A stretch of DNA of 64,000 nucleotides from Candidatus Bathyarchaeota archaeon (lineage in GTDB: Archaea > Thermoproteota > Bathyarchaeia > Bathyarchaeales > Bathycorpusculaceae), in contig CAVYES010000004.1 in NCBI GenBank assembly GCA_963767735.1, positions 320,001-384,000 of the forward strand. Direction: 5' to 3'. Positions within the stretch are counted from its first letter, which is position 1, and each line of letters begins with the position of its first letter. Shown here one piece after another: positions 40,953 through 50,282 of this stretch. The translations under genes were made by a program, and so were the position numbers. The notes beneath the pieces are model-generated. The model was not told the origin of the DNA, searched no databases, and saw only the letters and a program-made list of their open reading frames with translations.

Positions 40953-41492
40953 TTAATGATGAGCCATTCGTTCGTCTACTTCTTTACTCAGCTCAGGGTA
41001 TTTTTTTCGTAGGAATTTTTCAGATTCCATAGTGGTCAAAATCTTATAGGGAATATCTTTCTCATGGTAAAATTCTTTTGCCATTTCCACTTTCTTGGGT
41101 ATATTCGAAACAAGAATTGGAGAAAAATTTGAGGCAGAATACCATGTGTCGCATAGAACGAGTATGCTATCATCCTCGTTTAGACCATGAATAGATGCAT
41201 TGTCTACTATAATCAAGGCGTTACCTAAAGCAACAATAACTTCTTTTTGTTTTGGAGAAGGTTTCTCGCCTAAGAATTTTATGGCAAAATGTGCCAAAGC
41301 TTCCTTGGATGTTATTGCAAAAATACAATCAGGTTGTTCCGCTTTTCTTAGAATAATAAAATTGGCGATGAATCTGGAGGACTTCCATGCATTAACGCTT
41401 TTTGCAGTTAATGCTCGTAGCCTAAAGGCATCATGAAAAACGGAGTGGCATAAAACCAACACTATCTCGCGTTCTGCACCTGCCTCCTCCAT
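40953..41492 (-). CDS. Passenger protein, degenerate PIN-like domain
   Basis: IVLVLCHSVF / EDDSILVLC / ILVSN / KILT pattern resembles the PIN fold, first Asp replaced. Confidence 0.45.
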   Translation of the reverse strand: MEEAGAEREIVLVLCHSVFHDAFRLRALTAKSVNAWKSSRFIANFIILRKAEQPDCIFAITSKEALAHFAIKFLGEKPSPKQKEVIVALGNALIIVDNASIHGLNEDDSILVLCDTWYSASNFSPILVSNIPKKVEMAKEFYHEKDIPYKILTTMESEKFLRKKYPELSKEVDERMAHH

Positions 41493-41515
41493 AAAATCTC
41501 CTTCTTAATTTTTGA

Positions 41516-41743
41516 TTATGCTTTTGCTCTATTAAGCAAAAATGAGACAGGATCACCATCTATTTTCTCAATGCTGTATTCTGGAAGAGAATTTATAGAG
41601 GTTGTAAGAAGTACAAGGTCGTTTGCTTCTAAACCCATTTTTGTTGCTTCTTCTCTAGCACGACCTTGTAAAACCTTAACTTTTCGAATAGAAATATCCG
41701 TTGGCATATCGATAAGTACCCCTTTTTTCCTTGATTTAGGCAT
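41516..41743 (-). CDS. Small passenger protein (putative antitoxin/partner)
   Basis: 75 aa, GGAG SD, co-oriented just upstream of the PIN-like gene. Confidence 0.55.
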   Translation of the reverse strand: MPKSRKKGVLIDMPTDISIRKVKVLQGRAREEATKMGLEANDLVLLTTSINSLPEYSIEKIDGDPVSFLLNRAKA

Positions 41744-41901
41744 ATTGTAGTTTCTCCTACTTTAATCTTGCCTAGAAGCTTTTCCCAACTCAAATCAATT
41801 ATGAAGGGAAACACTGAATTGTAACTCAGTGCCAAGCGTATTTAATTATTTGTTGTCGCATTGAGTTACAACAAGCATTCACATAAGCATAAAAAAGATA
41901 T

Positions 41902-43020
41902 TTATTGTTTTTTACTTGCGTTTTGTATTAAAGTTTTCCACTTATTCTCTCCCTCTATCGTTATTCCGCATGCTTCGCTTGGAGTTTTTCCGCCTAATGC
42001 TTCGTGAGGTCGGATATAGTTGTGGAACAGTTGATAACCTGTTAAGATTGCTGTGTCGGTTGTTTTTAGTCCTCGCATGGTTTTTTCTCGGTCACGAATT
42101 TCACCGTTCATTCTTTCCATCTTGTTATTGTGAATTGCACCTGTCAGTCTAATCTCTTTAACATGTTCAGTTCTAGGACCTTTATTTGTCCAAAACTCTT
42201 TCTTGTAAGCGTCATTATAAGAGGGTAAACCATCGGTTATGAATGTCATAGGTTTCTTCCCCATCAATTTCTTAGACATTTTCAGTAGATTTTGCGCATC
42301 ATGTTTAAACTTCGTATCTGCCACTTCTTGAGCAATCCAAAACCTTGTCTCATCATCCATCATGGCGAAAAGATATTTCATATCACCTTTGACCTTTATC
42401 CATAGTTCATCGGCTCTCCATGTGTCGCTAACATTAGGAACAATTTTTTCTGTATATTCTTTCATGAGTTTAACGTATTTCTCAATCCAATTATCAATCG
42501 TTTGATAAGAAACATTTACACCTAAGAGCTTTAGAGACTTCATTGTGTTTCTAAGTGATTCACCGCTAAAGTACAGTTGCATAGCAGAAGTGATTGCTTG
42601 TGGGTTATGCTTCATACGCTCAAAACCAATATTGATTGTGAAGTAGTGGTGACAATCTCGGCAATAGAACTTCTGAATATTTCCTATCTTGTTTTTTCGT
42701 ATCCCGTCTTTTTTGAGGTTACTTGAACCGCAAAACTGGCAGTTACTAACATTAACTTCTTGGATAACTCGGTTAGTTTGAACTACTTTTCTTATTTGGC
42801 TTGAAAATTCAACCGCAAAAATATGCTTACACTTCACATGACGATACTTATTATCTGGACATTCACAGACAAATTCTCCGCAAACCTTAGCAACTGTGTA
42901 CTCACCATTTCCCGACTGAGATTTCACGGTGTATAAGCAATCATCTACTCTCTGAACATTATCAGATAAGTTTGCGATTGCTTGACCGCGTTCTTCTCTT
43001 GAGATTATTAGTTTACTCAT
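41902..43020 (-). CDS. tnp: IS6-family DDE transposase with N-terminal SWIM and zinc-ribbon domains
   Basis: CECPD...CKH (SWIM), CQFC...CRDC, WRADE / ITDG / NNKMER catalytic triad, YNYIRPH-like HNYIRPH. Confidence 0.95.
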   Translation of the reverse strand: MSKLIISREERGQAIANLSDNVQRVDDCLYTVKSQSGNGEYTVAKVCGEFVCECPDNKYRHVKCKHIFAVEFSSQIRKVVQTNRVIQEVNVSNCQFCGSSNLKKDGIRKNKIGNIQKFYCRDCHHYFTINIGFERMKHNPQAITSAMQLYFSGESLRNTMKSLKLLGVNVSYQTIDNWIEKYVKLMKEYTEKIVPNVSDTWRADELWIKVKGDMKYLFAMMDDETRFWIAQEVADTKFKHDAQNLLKMSKKLMGKKPMTFITDGLPSYNDAYKKEFWTNKGPRTEHVKEIRLTGAIHNNKMERMNGEIRDREKTMRGLKTTDTAILTGYQLFHNYIRPHEALGGKTPSEACGITIEGENKWKTLIQNASKKQ

Positions 43021-43143
43021 CTTTGTCGCCTTTTTATCTACCTATGCATACATAGGTAGAGGGGGTTATAAATCTATCGGTGGATAAGGCGATAGACTTA
43101 AATAAATGTATAGAGGTAGATATGTAAGCAGAGGTAAATAAGT

Positions 43144-43317
43144 ATGAGTTTAAAAAGCACTGTTGGAATAGCAAAAACAGGAACAACTTCCCTTAGAGTC
43201 ACCATACCTGAAGGCTGTGTGGCATTTCTTGACTTAAAAGCTGGAGATAAGTTGGAATGGCGAATGGATATTAATGAAAAAGGTGAAAGAGTACTAGTTT
43301 CACGAAAAATCAGGTGA
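43144..43317 (+). CDS. AbrB/MazE/SpoVT-family DNA-binding protein (57 aa, not in ORF track)
   Basis: MSLKSTVGIAKTGTTSLRVTIPEGCVAFLDLKAGDKLEW...; GAGGT SD; divergent from the transposase. Confidence 0.85.
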   Translation: MSLKSTVGIAKTGTTSLRVTIPEGCVAFLDLKAGDKLEWRMDINEKGERVLVSRKIR

Positions 43318-43802
43318 TAACTTTGTCAGATGAACAAAACAAAATATCTGCCTTTCTTGACAATTTTATAAACGACTTTCTAAATGGAGATATAGAGATA
43401 ATCTACTCAAAAGCCAGAAAAATGACAACTTTTGTAAGAGAAAAGAGTTTTTTAGGAACCGAAAAACGAAAAGACCATAATACAGTACCTAACGACATAG
43501 GGTTTGCTATTAGAGATTATATGATAACAAAGTCAGATCCTGTAGCTCATCAGAATGCTACCAGTGAACTTTTCAATCTTATTGTGTTAGCAATTACTCA
43601 TCAAGTAATCAAGAGAACGAGTCTGTTAAAAACAAATATTGAACTTAGCAAAGAGAACGCTCAACTGAAAGAAGAAAAAGACAAACTTGAGAAAGAAAAT
43701 CAAAGGCTTAAACTTCTAAATGAACAGATACAAGCTATTTTCGATAAATACGGTTTCCAAAAATTAAAAAACGATAATGGTAAGGAAGGTGAAGACTTTT
43801 GA
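43314..43802 (+). CDS. Passenger protein with C-terminal coiled coil
   Basis: Leucine-zipper-like heptads LSKENAQLKEEKDKLEKENQRLK. Confidence 0.7.
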   Translation: MITLSDEQNKISAFLDNFINDFLNGDIEIIYSKARKMTTFVREKSFLGTEKRKDHNTVPNDIGFAIRDYMITKSDPVAHQNATSELFNLIVLAITHQVIKRTSLLKTNIELSKENAQLKEEKDKLEKENQRLKLLNEQIQAIFDKYGFQKLKNDNGKEGEDF

Positions 43803-44203
43803 TTGTCAAATGTTCTCATTGTAAACAAATGCTATCTTACGAGAATTTTGGCAGTCATGAATGTGATATGCCTCTAAAAAACACTAAGCGAATTGAAGTT
43901 ATCTATTTTCGAGATGACTCTTACAAAGGCAAAAAGCTAATGACTGGGTGGGGAACCGATGGGGTTCTATACACTTTTGAAGTTGTTCCACGAAAACCAA
44001 TCCCAATAACAACACCATTAACAGACGATAGTAACAGACGATTTTTGACAGACAACTTCAAACGGAACAAAACAGACGGAGACTTGACAGAACCTTTAAT
44101 AAATTTCTACCTCAGAATTTTCACAAAGCGCGCTGGCTTGTCCCTAATGTGTTATTTTTTGGTTCATGCGTCTATCTTGTCGTCTGCTTGGAATCAGAGT
44201 TAG
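43799..44203 (+). CDS. Zinc-finger passenger protein reading through the right TIR
   Basis: CSHC...HEC; ...TDGDLTEP is encoded by the TIR; stop lies in flanking DNA. Confidence 0.7.
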   Translation: MIVKCSHCKQMLSYENFGSHECDMPLKNTKRIEVIYFRDDSYKGKKLMTGWGTDGVLYTFEVVPRKPIPITTPLTDDSNRRFLTDNFKRNKTDGDLTEPLINFYLRIFTKRAGLSLMCYFLVHASILSSAWNQS

Positions 44204-45382
44204 TTCGGTTGATTTTTTATGTGCCGACGCAACCGCACAAATGGTCACTGCCAAGACACATACAACCACTAAAATGAGCGATGCAATGCTAAACTCCGGT
44301 ATGGTCGGGCTTGGAGACGGGGACGCAGCTGGAGAAACAGTGGGCGTAGGTGAAGTTATTGCGTTCGACGTGCTTATCACCGAAACCGTATCGCTGCCTT
44401 CATTTGTTACGTAGGCGTATGTGCCGTTGGGCGTTATAGCCACATCGTAAGGCTCGCCTCGATCGGTTATATTAGCCGTTATTGTGTTCGTTGCTGTGCT
44501 TATCACCGAGACCGAACTGCTGCCGGCATTTGTGATGTAGGCGTATGCGCCGTTGGGCGTTATAGCCACACCATAAGGCGCGCTTTCAGCGCCAAATATA
44601 TTGGGTCCAAAGTAGGTTGATATTGTCGCCGTCACTGTATTTGTCGCCGTGCTTATTACCGATACCAAACTGGTGTCGGCGGATGTCACGTAGGCGTATG
44701 CGCCGTCGGGTGTTACAGCCAAATCATAAGAATAGTCTCCATCAATTCGTATGTTAGCCGTTATTGTGTTAGCAGTTGTGTTTATAACCGAGATGCTATC
44801 GCCGCCAGTTATGACATAGGCGTAGGCTCCGTTGGGCGTTATAGCCACGCCCGTAGGATTGCTTAAACTTATCGCCGCCGCTAGAGTGTTCGTTGCCGTG
44901 TTTATCACCGAGACCGAATCGTTGGCGTAGCCATTTGAATTTGCGACATAAGCGTATGCACCGCTGGGAGTAACAGCCACAGCGGTAGGATAGTTTCCCG
45001 CGGGTATTGTAGCCGTTACTTTGTTCGTGGCTGTGTTTATCACCGAGACAGAACCATCGTTGACATCATTTGTTACGTAGGCGTATGCGCCGTTGGGTGT
45101 TACAGCCACACCAAGAGGGTCGTTAAAACCAGTTATTGTGGCCGTTACTGTGTTCGTAGCGGTGTTTATCACAGAAACCGTATTGCCCTCTTCATTTGCA
45201 ACGTAGGCGTAAGCGCCGCTGGGCGTTACAGCCACATCATTAGGAGCGGTTCCAACGGGTATTGTCGCCGTCACCGTCTGCGCTTGAACTGACTGGGGCG
45301 ATAATGATAAAGCATAGAACAAGAAGAGGACGACAAGAAGGATGCAAGCAACTTTCAACACGCTTGATGCCTCATGCTTCAT
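44144..45382 (-). CDS. YVTN/YncE beta-propeller surface protein with PEF-CTERM-type tail
   Basis: Seven YVTN repeats, PTIPEF + TM. Confidence 0.9.
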   Translation of the reverse strand: MKHEASSVLKVACILLVVLFLFYALSLSPQSVQAQTVTATIPVGTAPNDVAVTPSGAYAYVANEEGNTVSVINTATNTVTATITGFNDPLGVAVTPNGAYAYVTNDVNDGSVSVINTATNKVTATIPAGNYPTAVAVTPSGAYAYVANSNGYANDSVSVINTATNTLAAAISLSNPTGVAITPNGAYAYVITGGDSISVINTTANTITANIRIDGDYSYDLAVTPDGAYAYVTSADTSLVSVISTATNTVTATISTYFGPNIFGAESAPYGVAITPNGAYAYITNAGSSSVSVISTATNTITANITDRGEPYDVAITPNGTYAYVTNEGSDTVSVISTSNAITSPTPTVSPAASPSPSPTIPEFSIASLILVVVCVLAVTICAVASAHKKSTELTLIPSRRQDRRMNQKITH

Positions 45383-45653
45383 TCGTTCACCTCAACAGTC
45401 AAACCCTTCGGGCTACCTGTGCTCCAAACGGTTTTTTTCATTTGTTTTCCAACCTGCTATATTTCTTTAAAAAGATAAAAGGGTTCTTGTCAGCGCAATT
45501 CTGGGTTTATTCTCGATAAAAGGCGCATTTAGAGTCGATGCTCATATATTCAAAAAGTTGCAGGGTCGAATTGAAACGTTAAGGTTTTTACTGTTAGTGT
45601 TAAATAATAATAAGCTGTTAAATAATGGCTAGAGGATAGGAGGTCAAAGTGGT

Positions 45654-46085
45654 ATGAGCGAAAATAGTAACCCGGGGATTTTAGAAATCGAGATTGACCC
45701 CAGTGCTCTCAATTATCTTAAGAGAAGTGGCAATGTTTTCATACTTACGGATGTTCAAAATCCCCAGTACTCATATTACAAGATTAAGGGTTATGATGCT
45801 AAAGCCGATCTTATAATTAAATTCGAGGAGTTCGTTGAAATCTGCAAAACAATTCCTGATTCCCAAACTAATCCGCAAACAGAATTCACCACTGAAACAT
45901 TTGATGTGGCGTCCCCTGCAAAATTAAAGCATGACTTATCGTTTTATGTTGCGAAATCTGGTTTTTCAACCGTTAATGATTGGTTAACAACGTTAAATGT
46001 TGAGGATCAGATTCCGGAGTGTTCAACTGGACACAAAAAAACATTCTATCTTTATCATATACAGACCGCTCAAACAACTTCCTAA
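45654..46085 (+). CDS. Hypothetical protein
   Basis: GGAGGT SD, 143-aa ORF; SGFSTVNDW is reminiscent of ASCH/PUA-like C-termini (weak). Confidence 0.6.
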   Translation: MSENSNPGILEIEIDPSALNYLKRSGNVFILTDVQNPQYSYYKIKGYDAKADLIIKFEEFVEICKTIPDSQTNPQTEFTTETFDVASPAKLKHDLSFYVAKSGFSTVNDWLTTLNVEDQIPECSTGHKKTFYLYHIQTAQTTS

Positions 46086-46234
46086 AAAGCCACAGGCCAT
46101 TTTTGACCATCGATCTTTTCTTCTCCATTGTTTATGCAAGATATACCCACTATTGATGTTAATAATTTTGGATAAATTCGGGGTTCGCTTTATAAGCTAG
46201 GAATACTTGCTTGCACGGGAGATGAGATTACAGT

Positions 46235-47191
46235 ATGCCATTCAGCGATGTTCCCACGATTGAAGCAGTTAAGCTAACAAAACAATACGGATCCTTTACA
46301 GCGGTTTCCGAATTGAACCTCAAAATAGAGGGCGCAAAATGCGTCGGTTTCCTAGGCACCAACGGCGCAGGAAAAACAACCACACTTAAAATGTTCACAG
46401 ACTTGATTCATGCTTCCTCTGGAGAAGCCCTGATAAACGGCATAAACGTTCACACTGACAAGAAGGGAGCGCTGGCATCTGTTGCTGCGATTATTGAGAC
46501 GCCTGAAATTTATCCTTCACTGACGCCTCGCGAAGCGCTGGCGATGATTGCTGAATTCAGAGGCGTCCCAACAATAGAGATTAAAAAGAGAATTGAAGAA
46601 GCCGTGGCCGAAGTCCATATGAACGAATGGATCGATAAGCGAGTCGGCAAGTTCTCCAAAGGAATGAAACAGAGAATAAACATTGCCTCTGCACTTCTCA
46701 GTGACCCCTGCATCCTTCTTCTCGATGAACCCACTACAGGTCTTGATCCCAGAGGCATGAGCGAAGTGCGGGACATCGTCAAATCACTCAAGGGCAAGAA
46801 AAGATTGATTTTCATGAGTTCGCATCTTCTCAGCGAAGTTTCAGACGTATGCGACGAAGTCGCCATGATCGATCATGGCAAACTGCTTGTTTACGACACC
46901 ATTTCCAACGTGACCTCCAAATTTTCGGGAGGATCAAACGTGGTCGAAGTTGGTCTTCAGCATTCCATAGATCCTCAATTAATAACAAGAAACATAGCCA
47001 AAATCTCTGGCGTTAGCTCAGCCGAGCAAATGAACGATATAACACTGCGGATCAGGTTTAGCGGAGGCTTGGATGTTCAGGAACAGATTCTCGTTCAATT
47101 GGTAAAGTTGAATATCGGGGTCATAAGTTATAGACCTGCGGCTTCGGAGCTTGAAGACGTCTATCTTAATCTGATTAAGGATACGGTGTGA
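46235..47191 (+). CDS. ABC transporter ATP-binding protein
   Basis: GTNGAGKTT, FSKGMKQR, DEPT, SSH. Confidence 0.95.
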   Translation: MPFSDVPTIEAVKLTKQYGSFTAVSELNLKIEGAKCVGFLGTNGAGKTTTLKMFTDLIHASSGEALINGINVHTDKKGALASVAAIIETPEIYPSLTPREALAMIAEFRGVPTIEIKKRIEEAVAEVHMNEWIDKRVGKFSKGMKQRINIASALLSDPCILLLDEPTTGLDPRGMSEVRDIVKSLKGKKRLIFMSSHLLSEVSDVCDEVAMIDHGKLLVYDTISNVTSKFSGGSNVVEVGLQHSIDPQLITRNIAKISGVSSAEQMNDITLRIRFSGGLDVQEQILVQLVKLNIGVISYRPAASELEDVYLNLIKDTV

Positions 47192-48057
47192 TAAATATGA
47201 CTGAAACAGGAACACAATGTGGAAATAACGTGCCCAGCAGCATGGCGCAAGTCCGAATATCAATGAAGTATACGCTTTTAGAATACTTGAGGTCGCGCCG
47301 TTTCCTTATAATGCTGATTATTACTCTTTTAATAGCCGCCCTTCTCACAATCATAGTGGCTTGGCGGCGTCCCGCAGGTTTTGTAACTACAAACCTCGGG
47401 TTCTATTCCAGTTGGTGGGGAACTGCCATAACCCTCGTAATTATCCTGGCTGGAATTTTCTTTGGGGGAGATGCCATTTCAGGAGAGTTTCAGAATAAAA
47501 CAGGTTACTTCGGAATCCCTAACCCAATTAGACGGTCATCAATATACATTGGGAAATGGTTGTCGGCTTTCTTAGCGGCAACCGCAATAATGCTCATATT
47601 CGCTGCAATTACAATCGCCAACGGATTTTACTATTTTGGCTCATCCGGTTTACCATATCAATTCCTTGAGTCTTTGCTTTTCGCATGGTTTTATCTCGCT
47701 GCGGTCTTGGGATTGGCGTTCTTTTTCAGTTCGCTGTTTAAAAGCAGTTCCATGTCTATTCTTGTAACGGTTATCCTCTTACTGTTCGGATTCACACTAA
47801 TTTCGACGCTGGTCTCAGACCTTGTCGGAATAGAACCTTGGTTCATTCTAACTTATGGGTCGGGGATAATAGGAAACATATTACAATCGCCTTATCCCCT
47901 TCCCAAGGTCACGACATCTTCGACGTTTGGTCCTCGTACAATTACTACTACCACATTCGCCGCAACGGTTCCTCAAGGACTCGCCATCATAGGAATATAC
48001 TTCATCGTCACCGCAGTGTTGGGGCTACTGCTATTCGAAAGAAAAGAATTCAACTAA
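47188..48057 (+). CDS. ABC-2 permease
   Basis: DAISGEFQNKTG...GK motif; 6 TM. Confidence 0.88.
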   Translation: MINMTETGTQCGNNVPSSMAQVRISMKYTLLEYLRSRRFLIMLIITLLIAALLTIIVAWRRPAGFVTTNLGFYSSWWGTAITLVIILAGIFFGGDAISGEFQNKTGYFGIPNPIRRSSIYIGKWLSAFLAATAIMLIFAAITIANGFYYFGSSGLPYQFLESLLFAWFYLAAVLGLAFFFSSLFKSSSMSILVTVILLLFGFTLISTLVSDLVGIEPWFILTYGSGIIGNILQSPYPLPKVTTSSTFGPRTITTTTFAATVPQGLAIIGIYFIVTAVLGLLLFERKEFN

Positions 48058-48311
48058 AACAGCAAATTCCAAATCGCTAACGTTGCTAGTCGTTCGTTCA
48101 AACACGGGCGGCTCACCATTTTTCATATTTTTATGATGCTTAAATTTGTTTTTTAAGGAATTGCAGCAATGGTTTGGAAGGGGAATGGCTGAGTTTTCGT
48201 AGCTTTAGATTCACATCAAACCTGATTTTCGTTTACTGTAAGCGTTGGCACTGTTATTTTTATGACTGAAATAGGCTAAAATATATTCAAGTTGGACGTT
48301 AAGTTCAAGCG

Positions 48312-49094
48312 ATGTCCTTGGTGTCACATCAAAATCTTAAATGGCTACGGCGAAAAGCTCCTCAACTGATTGCTATAGCCATCGCTGTCATAGTTGTCGT
48401 TTATTTCGTTCTTGATTTTTTGGAGGACGTCGTCATCGGAGGCGCACCGGTGACTAGCGAACCAATAATTAGCCTTATCCTTTCTATAACTCGCGGCGTA
48501 ACTGGGGCAGTGCAGACTTGGGGTTACTCGGGCATCTTTGGGTTGATGCTGCTTGAATCAAGCTCGCTGCCTATCCCGAGCGAGGTGATTCTTCCGTTCG
48601 CAGGTTACTTAGCTTCCATGGGGCAACTTGATTTTTGGGTAACCGTAGCACTTGCAACTGTTGCGGGTTTGGCGGGTTCACTTATTGATTACTACATCGG
48701 ATTAAAAGGCGTTCAATCTCTAATGAAACACAAAATTCTGGGCAAAGCTGTTTTGTCAACAAGCCAGCTCGAAGTTGCTGAAAAATGGTTTATCAAGTAC
48801 GGCAGCTTAATGGTTTTTGTAAGCCGCATAATTCCTGGTTTTCGAACAACTTTTTCGTTTCCAGCCGGCGCCGCCAAAATGAAGCTGACAAAGTTCATCT
48901 CTTTCACCATTGCAGGCTGTTTACTTTGGAATGTGATTTTGGTTTACTTGGGCTGGTATCTGGGCAAAAACTGGACACAAGTTGCAGGAGTCTCCCATTA
49001 CTTAATCGTCGCAGCCGTGGCAACCATATTAATCGTCATTGTCCTTTACCTATTTATGAGAAGTCGAAAAAAGCAAGCGGCAAAAACTCAATAA
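48312..49094 (+). CDS. dedA: DedA family membrane protein
   Basis: LESSSLPIPSEVILPFAG, RIIPGFR...PAG. Confidence 0.92.
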   Translation: MSLVSHQNLKWLRRKAPQLIAIAIAVIVVVYFVLDFLEDVVIGGAPVTSEPIISLILSITRGVTGAVQTWGYSGIFGLMLLESSSLPIPSEVILPFAGYLASMGQLDFWVTVALATVAGLAGSLIDYYIGLKGVQSLMKHKILGKAVLSTSQLEVAEKWFIKYGSLMVFVSRIIPGFRTTFSFPAGAAKMKLTKFISFTIAGCLLWNVILVYLGWYLGKNWTQVAGVSHYLIVAAVATILIVIVLYLFMRSRKKQAAKTQ

Positions 49095-49118
49095 AAATAA
49101 GATAAAATTTGGGAGCGT

Positions 49119-50162
49119 TTAAGGTGTTTTGGTTATCTTTGGTTTAACTTCCCCTTTAATGCCGATGTCTTTTGCTTCTTGAACCTGCAGCATGCAATCT
49201 ACGTGAGATGCTTCATTGAATACTTTATAGTCAATCGTTTTCAGGAATGCGGCGTCGATTGAAACTGGCGAGTCGGAAGCAAAGATGCCGACGTCCTTCA
49301 TCATAACTTCGCCTGGATTAGGCATGCAGTCGCAGTATGGTGTAATGTCTCTGGCAAAGCTGACGTATGACACTTTTTTCGGTTTAAAGGTGGAGAGTAC
49401 CCCGTAGGCGGCTGAAGCAAGTGCCCTGCAGATGTTTTCCTGATGCGTAAAACTTATGGCTTCCATGGGGCAACCCTGTTTGCAGACTGGGCAACGCATG
49501 CATAAATTTGAGCTGTTTCTTGCTTTTCCCTCAACGATTTCAGGCAACTCCAATTCGCAGTTTTCTCTGCATTTACCGCAGCCGATGCATTTGGACGTAT
49601 CTATTTCTAAGCCTACTGTTCTATGCTGCCGAAGCTTGCCCGCTCGTGGTGTGCAGCCCATGCCCAAGTTTTTTATGGCGCCGCCGAACCCGCTGAGTTC
49701 ATGCCCCTTATCATGCGAGACAACAATCATCGCATCAGCCTCCGCGATAGCGCCTGAAACTTCAATCTCTTTCAGTATGCCCTTGGTGGGGACTGTTCGG
49801 TAGTTTTCTCCTCTGAGCCCATCTGCCACGATAAAGGGTGCCAAGTTGAAGCCATTTGTCAACGCCGTAACCATGTGGTCGTAGGCGTTGCTGCGCTGCG
49901 CGTGATACAGTGTGTTTGAGTCTGTAAGGAACGGTTTGCCACCTGCCTCCTTAACCCTGCGGATTACGTCATGGACAAAAAACGGCTGCACATAATTCGG
50001 GTTGCCTAACTCGCCCACATGCAACTTCACAGCTACAAGGTCACCCTTCGCTATGCAGTCAAAAGTGCCGGCTTCATCATAGAGACGATTTGCCTCCGCC
50101 ATGAGGTTACGGCTAGTATCCCAAGGAAGTAAATGAACAACCATGTTAATCACTTTCTTCAC
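49119..50162 (-). CDS. DUF362 domain protein with 4Fe-4S dicluster
   Basis: VKLHVGE, TDSNTLY, KGH...GGAIKNLGMGC, CxxCxxCxxxC x2, CDC. Confidence 0.88.
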   Translation of the reverse strand: MKKVINMVVHLLPWDTSRNLMAEANRLYDEAGTFDCIAKGDLVAVKLHVGELGNPNYVQPFFVHDVIRRVKEAGGKPFLTDSNTLYHAQRSNAYDHMVTALTNGFNLAPFIVADGLRGENYRTVPTKGILKEIEVSGAIAEADAMIVVSHDKGHELSGFGGAIKNLGMGCTPRAGKLRQHRTVGLEIDTSKCIGCGKCRENCELELPEIVEGKARNSSNLCMRCPVCKQGCPMEAISFTHQENICRALASAAYGVLSTFKPKKVSYVSFARDITPYCDCMPNPGEVMMKDVGIFASDSPVSIDAAFLKTIDYKVFNEASHVDCMLQVQEAKDIGIKGEVKPKITKTP

Positions 50163-50282
50163 CTTTCAGTATTTCAGAATTTTTATATAAATGTAATCTG
50201 TAGAATTGATGCTTTTCAAAATAACGGAAGGAAATTGAAATATATTGTAATGTTATTGTCATGTTTTCAGAAGTAATAGTTC

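Larger units (their letters stand above)
40884..44094. mobile_element. IS6-family transposon with passenger genes (3211 bp)
   Basis: TIRs GGTTCTGTCAAGTCTCCGT(T/C)TGTT at 40884-40907 and 44071-44094; 8-bp TSD TTTAATAA at 40876-40883 and 44095-44102; intact DDE transposase. Confidence 0.95.
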
